This document shows, piece after piece, positions 19,912-28,490 of a stretch of DNA of 64,000 nucleotides; the stretch's first letter is position 1, and every line of letters begins with the position of its first letter. This DNA comes from Alphaproteobacteria bacterium. Lineage in GTDB: Bacteria > Pseudomonadota > Alphaproteobacteria > UBA828. Where the stretch lies: contig OZ243972.1 in assembly GCA_965214705.1 (NCBI GenBank), positions 1,376,001 through 1,440,000 on the forward strand, read 5' to 3'. The position numbers were made by a program, and so were the translations under genes. The notes beneath the pieces are model-generated. The model worked only from the letters and a program-made list of their open reading frames with translations. It searched no databases and was not told where the DNA came from.

Positions 19912-20143
19912 TATCGATCTCCCTGGATCGCGACGGCGCGCCGCCGGACCGATCCGGCGACGGTCCGTCGCAGGGGTCGATGCTAACCACTGGTGATCGG
20001 GAGGCTGCTGGGGATCCGCCACCCGACGGGCGGAGCGCCACTGACGCAACCGGGAAGCGAACGCACAGAACAAACGGCACCCGCGACGCCTCGGAAATGA
20101 ATGAACTCTACGCCGCTAACTCCGCGTAGCGGCTTCGTTCAAG

Positions 20144-20245
20144 GTCGTCGCCATCGCGTTGGCCAACCGCATGGCGCGCATCATCTGGGCACTGAACACT
20201 AAAAAGGAGCTCTACCAAGCTCCCGCCGCCGCCCTACAAGGGTGA
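20144..20245 (+). pseudogene. IS1111-A transposase, C-terminal 33 codons
   Basis: VVAIALANRMARIIWAL...* continues the frame interrupted at 15827. Confidence 0.92.
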
Positions 20246-20480
20246 ATGGCGGGCAGCCGTTGGGGGGATGTGAGCAGGTCGGAGGATCGGTAAGGGCAAA
20301 CGGTCAATGAGACGGGATCGGGAAAACCAGTTTCAATGTCAGAGTTTCGAACTCGGGGCAACGATATGGACTCGATCCTCGCATCTCCATACGGGCCAGC
20401 GGCGGCTGAATGCCGCACCAACAGGCCGGATAGACGACTGTACCTGACCACATGCACCAAGCCGTCCAAAAAAAGTGCTT
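20246..20480 (+). ncRNA. Putative bridge/seek RNA of IS1111-A (boundaries approximate)
   Basis: Contains GAAAACC and GGGCAACG (target arms) and CTCCAT and ATAGACGA (donor-junction arms) within stem-loops. Confidence 0.8.
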
Positions 20481-20929
20481 GCATCACCGGGGGCGTCCAT
20501 AGACGGTTTTCGCCTGTCCCGCTCGTCAGGTGAACTCCATGTCGCCGCAATGCGGCCAAGCCTTCACAGCGCTCGTATGAAGCCACCGGGCACGTTCTCC
20601 GATCGCGGCCTCGTCCCAACCGGAAGACCTCTCTGGCCGGCATCACACTCACCGACATCCGCGTCGTGATGCTCGCTCCACGTAGAATCTCCTGCGAAGC
20701 ATACCGAATGCTGCACCGAAACCAGATCGAATTGGCAACAGGGCGGCCAGGACGTTACACATGAAGTAGGTGAAGAAGTACGTTCCTTCCAGTAATAGAG
20801 ATAGATCGACCCGTGATATGCTACGGCTGTGCGGTCCGGCTGATGACGTCGCAGCGTCTCATCTGAGTCAACACCACGCAGTTGGGCAGCTTCTAACCCA
20901 ATTGGAGGCACCGACGGAGGACTTGGACG

Positions 20930-21766
20930 ATGTGTGAGCCGAAGCGTACCGCCGTGATTTATGATTTCGACGGAACGCTCGCCCGTGGCAATCTACAAGA
21001 GACCAGCTTCATTCCGAAAATCGATATGAGCAAAGAGGATTTCTGGACCGAGGTGAAGGCTCGAACCCGCAATCATGATGCCGATGAAGTTCTCGTCTAC
21101 ATGCACCTCATGCTCGACATGGCGCAAGAAAAGGGCGTCAAAGTGACCATCGAAGACCTGCGGCGACATGGCAAGAAAGCTCGGCTCTTTCCCGGTCTCT
21201 CGGACCGGTCATGGTTCGAACGCATCAACCAGCACGCCGCAACACGCGGCCTCGCCCTTGAGCACTACATCGTCTCCTCGGGCATTTACGAGATGATCGA
21301 TGGATGCTCGATCCGCGATGCCTTCCGCCGAGTGTTTGCGTCAAAGTTTATCTATGTTGACGGTGTGGCGGCTTGGCCGGGTGTTGGTATCAACTACACG
21401 ACAAAGACCCAATATTTGTTTCGGATAAACAAGGGCATCGATAACCACTGGGACAACGCCTCCCTCAACAGCTTCATGCCGGAAGACGAGCGCCCGATCC
21501 CGTTCGACCGTATGATCTTCTTGGGAGACGGAGATACCGATATTCCGACCATGAAAACGCTTACCTACATGGGTGGTCACTCGATCGGAGTCTATGATTC
21601 TAATGGGCACAGCCGCGACCTCACCAAAATCCACAGACTGATTTCCGATGGCCGTGTCGACTTCGTGGCACCTGCTGACTATGAGGAGAAGTCGCAGCTC
21701 GACATCATCATTAAGGGCATCCTCGGGCGCATCGCGAGAAAGTACGGATACAGGCCCTCAGCATGA
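20930..21766 (+). CDS. HAD-superfamily hydrolase/phosphatase
   Basis: Motif I YDFDGTL, motif II IVSSG, motif III K (TTKTQ), motif IV GDGDTD; GGAGG RBS. Confidence 0.9.
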   Translation: MCEPKRTAVIYDFDGTLARGNLQETSFIPKIDMSKEDFWTEVKARTRNHDADEVLVYMHLMLDMAQEKGVKVTIEDLRRHGKKARLFPGLSDRSWFERINQHAATRGLALEHYIVSSGIYEMIDGCSIRDAFRRVFASKFIYVDGVAAWPGVGINYTTKTQYLFRINKGIDNHWDNASLNSFMPEDERPIPFDRMIFLGDGDTDIPTMKTLTYMGGHSIGVYDSNGHSRDLTKIHRLISDGRVDFVAPADYEEKSQLDIIIKGILGRIARKYGYRPSA

Positions 21767-21837
21767 CGTTCAGATCGGCAATTACGAGCTAGTGTCGATC
21801 TTCAGGCGTCAATAATCGCCACCATGACTGTTCGACC

Positions 21838-22190
21838 CTTTCGGCACGGCTTCGATCCCGGAGTGCCGGAGGAGCTTGGAGGTCGTGCTGTCGCTGAGCG
21901 CCCGGCCGTGCGCCGACGGGAAGACCAGTCCCGTCTTGCCCGAGGGTTCCCGCGCTCCGTGCAGCCGGCGCGCGTGCGGAGAGCGGCACCCGTTGATCGC
22001 ACTTTGCCTTCATGCGGCTCGCCGGCACAGTCCAGGTTTCGACTCCAGGTCCACCTCGCCCCATCTGGCGTGCCGGACTTTGACCGACAGGTCATCAGCA
22101 CCAGGAACTCGAGCGCCAGGGCTGCGCTCTCGAACGCCCCTGACGCCTTCCTTCACCTTGTCGAGCGACCCGTCGACGTCGCTGCGGTCG
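21838..22190 (-). pseudogene. Degenerate fragment of a P4-like integrase, paralogous to the integrase at 29439-30686
   Basis: Frameshifted peptides TWTVPASRMKAKCDQRVPLSARA and GRALSDSTTSKLLR..GIEAVP; DNA similar to about 29660-29990. Confidence 0.85.
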
Positions 22191-22769
22191 GAGGGGGTCC
22201 CCGTGCTCGGCAACAGTGCGGCTGATCTTGCTGTGCCTATACGAAGCACATGTCCGGAGGCCGCGGATGAGCCCCATCGGCATCGCGATGGACCGACTGC
22301 CCCGCAGAGCCGATCTGGGCTCCCCAGGCGGGACGCGTGCCCCTCCTGTCGGAGGAGTTCACTGGACTGCGCCTGAGCGCCTTGGTAGGAACGAGTCGGA
22401 TGACCTGCGTGGCCATGCCTGACCGCGAAGCTGACCATAATCAGTCGTGGACACCGACAACGCTGGTGAGTACCCTTGCCCATGCTTAGTGGACGCCATA
22501 GCTAATGTCCATCTAGCAACACTACAAGCTCCACTCTAGGGCTGAAGAATTCAAGATACATCGGTTGTGCCGGCCATTCAACACCAACCACTCCAATAGG
22601 CAAGCGCTGATGATTCACCCATCCATCGAGAGGAGAGACTCGATAACTCAAACGAACCCGAAGGTGGGCACCTCTTGCGCTTATCCAGCGGCGACATTTA
22701 AAACACTTGCTCTCTTCATCAATTCGAACGAAGATTACTAGGAATACGTGCTACAGGCTGACATACGGA

Positions 22770-23894
22770 ATGAACTCCTATTACGATCTAATTGCTAAAC
22801 CTACCTTGGCACCCGAAGCGTGGCATACTTCCTGCACCCATAGCGAAACGACACTACACCAACTGTCGCCATACATTGGTAAACTCAAGAGTTCGATCGC
22901 TAAAGACCTCATTTGCGCATACTCTAAACCGGGTGATTTAATAGCAGATGTATTTTGTGGCAGTGGCACAGTACCCCTAGAATCGCTCAACTTAGGCCGT
23001 CGGATTTTTGCATCCGATGCCGGGCTCTATGCGATAACGTTGACTAAGGGTAAGCTACATGCGCCACAAGACATAGACGCTGTACACACCGCTTTGGACG
23101 AAGTGCTACTGGACGCACGCTCAGTGCGGATAGATCTCCGTAAAGTTCCCAAATGGGTACGAACCTTTTATCACCCAAGAACTTTGAAGGAAGCATTAAG
23201 CATACTTGAAGAGTTGCGCATCCGTGACGACAACTTCCTATTAGCTTGTTTGTTGGGTATTTCTCACCATCAGCGACCGGGTTTCTTGTCATTTCCTAGC
23301 AGTCACCTTGTTCCATACCTAAGATCCAACAAGTTTCCAGAAAGCGACTTTCCTGAGATGTACACTTATCGTCAGGTAGAGCCGCGTATTCGGGCAAAGG
23401 TAGAGCGTGCTCTTAAACGAGGTGCCAATCTTGATCAAGAGCTAATTGTTGACATCCAGAGAAGTTCCGTTGAAGACCTATCTATACCCTTCCAGATAGA
23501 CTGTTTTCTTACTAGTCCTCCCTATATGAATGCTCTAGACTACGGTCGGGACAATCGCCTTCGCAATTGGCTCCTAGGGTCCGACACTGCTGAGGGCGTC
23601 GACAACCGGCTATCCAGAGAAACCGGCTTTCGAAGTATGATTTCGGCGTTTGCGTTGTTAGTAGAGAAAACCTTAGCTACGCGGGGAACATGCGTGATAG
23701 TAGTCGGTGAAAAAACCGCGCGCAAATCTGATCGCTTCCCGTCAGAGGTAATATCTGATATCATGAGTGATTTGGCACCCTCAATCCAGCTCACAGACAT
23801 AATAAGCGACCACATTCCTGACATACGCCGGTCGCGCCGGCATCTTTCAGGTGTTAAGAGGGAACATATTCTTATCTACAAGAGGATCGCCTAA
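22770..23894 (+). CDS. Amino-DNA methyltransferase (SPPY; probably m4C, alpha-type motif order)
   Basis: HQLSPYIGKL, motif I DVFCGSGT, motif IV TSPPY; alternative TTG start at 22707. Confidence 0.88.
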   Translation: MNSYYDLIAKPTLAPEAWHTSCTHSETTLHQLSPYIGKLKSSIAKDLICAYSKPGDLIADVFCGSGTVPLESLNLGRRIFASDAGLYAITLTKGKLHAPQDIDAVHTALDEVLLDARSVRIDLRKVPKWVRTFYHPRTLKEALSILEELRIRDDNFLLACLLGISHHQRPGFLSFPSSHLVPYLRSNKFPESDFPEMYTYRQVEPRIRAKVERALKRGANLDQELIVDIQRSSVEDLSIPFQIDCFLTSPPYMNALDYGRDNRLRNWLLGSDTAEGVDNRLSRETGFRSMISAFALLVEKTLATRGTCVIVVGEKTARKSDRFPSEVISDIMSDLAPSIQLTDIISDHIPDIRRSRRHLSGVKREHILIYKRIA

Positions 23895-23895
23895 T

Positions 23896-26415
23896 ATGCG
23901 TGAACACTTACCCGACGCTGCTCATTTTATGGGAAAGACGTTGCCCAATTTTCCAAATTATACAATTGTTGAGCACGTTGGGACCGGCTTTAATGGCCAT
24001 GTGTATCGAGCGCATGCTAGTGAAATCAGTAGTGACCTGGCATTCAAATTTGTTCCAACTCAGAATGTGCCCTCCGACAAGAGGGGCACCCCAATCAATT
24101 TGAATGAAGCAAGAAAAGCTAACATTCTCGAGAACAGATGTGTGGTACGCTACGTGGACTTTCATATTTGGGCTGATAGCGAACTGGGAGAGAGCTTTGT
24201 CGTTTTCGTTTGCGACTATGTTCCCGGGTCGTCTTTGGACAAGTTTATATCCAAGAGACCTGAAGATGTAACTTTGGGATTCATTGAAACCTTTCTCCGT
24301 ACGATACTTGACCTACTTTACGAAATGCAACAGCGAAACATGGAGCACGGGGATCTACACGCGGGAAACGTATTGGTTGCAGATTCAGCATTTACCCTTG
24401 ATAGCGAAGCTTTGTTTCGGGTAACGGACTTCGGTATAAGGGAGATTACCAGCGGTCCCCACAATAGTGACTTCCTGCACCTCGCAGAAACACTGAAAAA
24501 GCTACTTAAATGCGTAGATTACAGGGCCGAAGTATCCCGAAATAGATACGCTTTTGAAGTACTTCGCCATGAATTTCTTGGTCGGCATCTAATTGAGACC
24601 GACCCGTTGGCAGACCCTCTAGCTCGCAACCCCGAAGGGCTACACAGAAAATTGCGCGCTTTGGATGACAATTTTAGAGAAAAGAACAGAGAGCACGCGT
24701 CGGCAAGTATGGTAACACCATTCGACTATCCTAATTGCGAGCAAATGGGGAACTCACATCTGCTGCTGCGAAATCTATATTCTAACAGACTTTTGGGACT
24801 GAACGAGATTATGGCACGCTCCAACCTAGTTCTAACTGGTCCCCGTGGCTGTGGTAAAACAACCGTATTTAGAGCTTTGAGCCTCGAGTATCTTTTGTTT
24901 GTGGAGTCATCGGATCTTAGTAACCTGGAGTTCATAGGAGTCTATTATCGATGCGATGATCTATATTTCTCCTTTCCACGATACAGATTGCCGGTGCGGG
25001 AGGAAGCAATAGACATACCGATGCACTTCGTGGTTGTCAGCTTAGCGATCGAAACGCTGAGATATTTGTCCTCATGGGCTGAACGTCAACACGTCAAAGA
25101 ATTTCAGGAAAAGGAGGTAGAAGTAACAACAAAGCTTTGGGACGTCTTTGGATTGGCTCAACCGTCCGGCCCAGCTTCACAGAGGTTTGCTTACCTAGTT
25201 TCGAGGTTACTGAAGCAGCGTACACGGGCTGCGAAGAAGCAACGTTTTTGCCACGTACCAACCGAGCCGATAGAAGGATATGTTGGCCCACGAGCGTTGA
25301 TGGAGTTTTGCGCAGTGTTGCGATCGGAGTTTTCGTTCCTGCAGGATCGGCCCTTTTTCTATTTCATTGATGATTATTCTACACCAAAGATCACAGGTGA
25401 TTTGCAACAGTGTTTGAACCGGTTGTTTATGCATCGAAGCTCCGATATGTTTTTCAAGATTTCGACTGAAAGCCCAATTTCGTTTGAGCGGAGGGATATT
25501 GACGGAAAGGAGTATGTAGAGGAGAGGGAGTATAAGCTGTTGAATTTAGGACTTCGGTATTTGAGGAACGAAGGAGGACAGGTGGAGGCGTTTCTTGCTG
25601 ATCTGTTTGAGAAGCGCTTTCGAGAGATCGAGGCGTTTCGTTGTGATACTCTGGTTGAATTGCTGGGAGAGAATAATCGAAACGAAAACGAGACAGCAAG
25701 ACAGGTCCGTGCTGGCAAGGGTAACAACACTTTCTTTGGGATTCAAACAGTGACCGCAATGTGCAGCGGCGATATTCATTCCATGATCCGTTTGGTGGAG
25801 AAGATGGTAGAGGACGCAGGTGGCATGGGGTCCATCAGTACAAGCAGTCAAGTACCGCGTATAGCTGCCAACACTCAATCTAGCACGGTGAGAAGGGCTG
25901 CCGGCGAGTTTATGGAGTCTGTTCGAACGCTGCCGCAGAGGGGAGAAGGCCTTGCAAAAATTGTTAGTGCTATAGGTAATGTGGCTAGCTCCTACATGCG
26001 GTATCGGGATGCACGCAATGAAACGGGAAACCCTCCGCACCAGGCGTCTCGCATAGAACCTTACGAGCCTCTGTGCTTGTCCCAAGACGCCCAAGACTTG
26101 TTGAATGACTTAATACGGTTCTCAATTCTGTTGGTTGATCCACGGGGAAAAAGCCGGAGAGGAAATATTGTTCCGCGATTCTACCTGCGAAGGTACTTGA
26201 TACCACATTTCAATCTAACCTTCAGCAAGAGGGACTCGCTGGAGTTGGAGAACGCAGAAATTGAGCTGCTTCTAGTCGACCCGGCGAAGTTTCAAGAGAC
26301 GAAGCGGCTAAAGGAAGCCGGTACAAAAGAAAAGAGAGGTACCTCCGGGACTAGCGGCCAAAAGGAGCTCTTCGAAAGAGTTTCGGTAGCCAAGCAAGAA
26401 AACAAAGATGGTTAG
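23896..26415 (+). CDS. Ser/Thr protein-kinase domain fused to a P-loop (ORC/CDC6/STAND-like) ATPase
   Basis: Kinase: VGTGFNGHVY, AFK, HGDLHAGN, TDFG; ATPase: GPRGCGKTT, FYFIDD; starts 1 nt after the MTase stop. Confidence 0.85.
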   Translation: MREHLPDAAHFMGKTLPNFPNYTIVEHVGTGFNGHVYRAHASEISSDLAFKFVPTQNVPSDKRGTPINLNEARKANILENRCVVRYVDFHIWADSELGESFVVFVCDYVPGSSLDKFISKRPEDVTLGFIETFLRTILDLLYEMQQRNMEHGDLHAGNVLVADSAFTLDSEALFRVTDFGIREITSGPHNSDFLHLAETLKKLLKCVDYRAEVSRNRYAFEVLRHEFLGRHLIETDPLADPLARNPEGLHRKLRALDDNFREKNREHASASMVTPFDYPNCEQMGNSHLLLRNLYSNRLLGLNEIMARSNLVLTGPRGCGKTTVFRALSLEYLLFVESSDLSNLEFIGVYYRCDDLYFSFPRYRLPVREEAIDIPMHFVVVSLAIETLRYLSSWAERQHVKEFQEKEVEVTTKLWDVFGLAQPSGPASQRFAYLVSRLLKQRTRAAKKQRFCHVPTEPIEGYVGPRALMEFCAVLRSEFSFLQDRPFFYFIDDYSTPKITGDLQQCLNRLFMHRSSDMFFKISTESPISFERRDIDGKEYVEEREYKLLNLGLRYLRNEGGQVEAFLADLFEKRFREIEAFRCDTLVELLGENNRNENETARQVRAGKGNNTFFGIQTVTAMCSGDIHSMIRLVEKMVEDAGGMGSISTSSQVPRIAANTQSSTVRRAAGEFMESVRTLPQRGEGLAKIVSAIGNVASSYMRYRDARNETGNPPHQASRIEPYEPLCLSQDAQDLLNDLIRFSILLVDPRGKSRRGNIVPRFYLRRYLIPHFNLTFSKRDSLELENAEIELLLVDPAKFQETKRLKEAGTKEKRGTSGTSGQKELFERVSVAKQENKDG

Positions 26416-27454
26416 GGACATGTTAACCAGGGTGGACGAGAGACTGCGTTCTGCCAAGTGGCCAGCGCTGCGACCGTTAGACCGTTTGGATATGGGTGAG
26501 AGGGACTGCCTGTTAGTGGTCGGCGGTTTCGAGGAAAGGGCGTTATCGGTGCTGCGATCTGCCGTTGAAGAATCAGACAGTTTTCGGGTTGTCCTTATCA
26601 AGTATCTTCCGGTGGTGACAGAGAACAGAGATGAAGAGTGTGTGAAATTGTGCAAAGATGCGTGCTTGCCTTTAGATCAGCTTGTGTATGACAGGGAGAA
26701 TCCATCGAACGCAGGCGACAGCATAGCAGATTATCTATGTGGTTTCGACAACGTTTTTGTCGACGTGTCCGGTATGTCGCGGTTGCTGATTGTCCAAATA
26801 GTTGTGGCAATGATTGAACGTGGTAAGGCTTTTATTGTGCTTTACACTGAGGCAGATGTGTACCCACCGGAGGAAGATGAGTTTCTTCGAAAGCAACATG
26901 GAGAACGGGGAAGCGTATCTTTCATATCTAGCGGTATATTTGAGATTGTCTCTTGTCCCGAGTTGAGCTCAGTATCTATGCTTGGAGGTGCAATTCGTCT
27001 GATTTCATTTCCGTCATTCGATCCCGTACAGTTGTCTAATGTCGTACAAGAATTACAGCCAACCCATAATGATGTGATCAATGGGGTTCCGCCGGATCTA
27101 AGCATGGGGTGGCGGACAAATGCCATAAGTGAACTGAACAAAGCAAATATGAGCGCCCTGCAACGCGTCCGAGAGCATGAAGCAAGTACGTTCGACTATA
27201 GGGAGACGTTGGAGATAATATTAGAGCTGTATAAAATGCACTCTGTATATGACCGTATAGTGATAGCGCCCACTGGTAGCAAGATGCAGGCTGTGGCAGT
27301 TGGCATTTTACGTGGAGTACTTACAGACCTACAAATAGTATATCCCACGCCATTGATGTTTTTGGATCCTGCTCACTATACCGAAGGCTCAAAGGCTACC
27401 TTTCAGCTATCTATCGGTTCTGTATTGACAGACGTCGGAGATGTGTCCAGGTGA
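26408..27454 (+). CDS. Hypothetical protein, possibly tandem CARF-like Rossmannoid domains
   Basis: Overlaps the upstream gene; two alpha/beta repeats (VVGGFEERA...DVSGMSR; ISFPSFD...IAPTGSKMQAVA). Confidence 0.7.
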   Translation: MVRDMLTRVDERLRSAKWPALRPLDRLDMGERDCLLVVGGFEERALSVLRSAVEESDSFRVVLIKYLPVVTENRDEECVKLCKDACLPLDQLVYDRENPSNAGDSIADYLCGFDNVFVDVSGMSRLLIVQIVVAMIERGKAFIVLYTEADVYPPEEDEFLRKQHGERGSVSFISSGIFEIVSCPELSSVSMLGGAIRLISFPSFDPVQLSNVVQELQPTHNDVINGVPPDLSMGWRTNAISELNKANMSALQRVREHEASTFDYRETLEIILELYKMHSVYDRIVIAPTGSKMQAVAVGILRGVLTDLQIVYPTPLMFLDPAHYTEGSKATFQLSIGSVLTDVGDVSR

Positions 27455-27792
27455 CGATTCAGGACTAGGAGGTGACGAGTATCTTTAGTCGGGCATAGTT
27501 GAGAATTGGGGGGCGGAGTTAGCGTATGTTGCTGACCCGACGGGTCGACAACGAAAAGCTAAGAAACGAGGGTCGGCGGTGGAGGGGGCCAAGGCTTTCG
27601 CCGGGTAGGCAAAGGCATCCGGTGTGGGGACGCGAGCCGAGAATGCGGAGACTATGATGCCGGATGGCGACACGGAGATTGCCGATCTCAGGCTGATGGG
27701 TCTAGGCTGAAGTACTATCTGTACAGCTAGCGCTCGAAATACAGTCAGCGGCTTGTCAATCAGCAGATCGAGGAGTTCGTAGTGAGCGCATC

Positions 27793-27821
27793 GGTGCGCT
27801 GGGTGGTGTGCTGGGTGGTGT
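27793..27821. repeat. Tandem 12-bp direct repeats (possible integrase arm-site relic)
   Basis: GGTGCGCTGGGT GGTGTGCTGGGT GGTGT. Confidence 0.5.
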
Positions 27822-28490
27822 CGGAGCGTGCCGCGTGGTCGGGGCGAAGGAGGTAAAGGGGGGCTGAGCCACCCGGAGGCCCGCCCAAATTGCGGTACGC
27901 GCGCATCTTGCATGCTAGCGTGAGGCAGGTGCCGGCGCCGACGGCCTGCAGGTGTTGCGGCTAGGGCGAGCTGTGGAAAGTCGACGAGGACAGGGCCGAA
28001 TCGCTAAAGGCGACCTTGCACCCGTGGAGAAGGAGACCCAGACCGTGGGCGAGATGTTCAGACCTCGAGCGATTTCACTGTTGCCAGTGCCCCCTTCAAC
28101 CAGTGGACCAGTCTCCGACAAGCTGCCTACGGGCAATAGAGCTGGCGGAAGTCGACTCCGTGGTCTCGGCGTTCAACAGACAGGTGATGCAGGAGATCGA
28201 CAACGACGATTTTCTGGAAGGCCAGCGCAAGCTGGTGTTGGTTGGCACCAACAGTGCCAGCCAGATCTATCTGGCAGTCGGTCCTGCACGTACGGGAGAA
28301 CCTGGAAGTGCTGATGCAACACGGTCCACCTGGTCACCTAGCTCGGGGGTAACCCGCAAATCAAAATGCCGCTTAAGGGAACGAGCCTCCCAGCGTCGAA
28401 CCGTCGTTGATCGATGACTTCACTGCGGGCATGGCTCATGATTAGCCCTCTTGCACTGGAACACAAGGCTACAGCCGATAGGATCCCACA

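Larger units (their letters stand above)
15828..20143 (-). mobile_element. IS91-like rolling-circle element with tyrosine recombinase (about 2666 bp native), interrupted
   Basis: Inserted at CAAG/CTTG (IS91-type target); removing it restores the IS1111-A frame (KPRK|VVAIALANRMAR); near-identical left end at 63369. Confidence 0.9.
14815..20503 (+). mobile_element. IS110-family, IS1111-group element A (about 1373 bp native), interrupted
   Basis: Subterminal IRs TGGACGCCCCC (14823-14833) and GGGGGCGTCCA (20489-20499); (A)CG core at both junctions; downstream non-coding region. Confidence 0.9.

Noticed and set aside
15824-20145. CAAGGT on both sides of the IS91-like element read as a 6-bp target-site duplication
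   Set aside because: IS91-type elements carry a target-like tetranucleotide at their ter end and do not make TSDs; better explained as ter CAAG plus target CAAG
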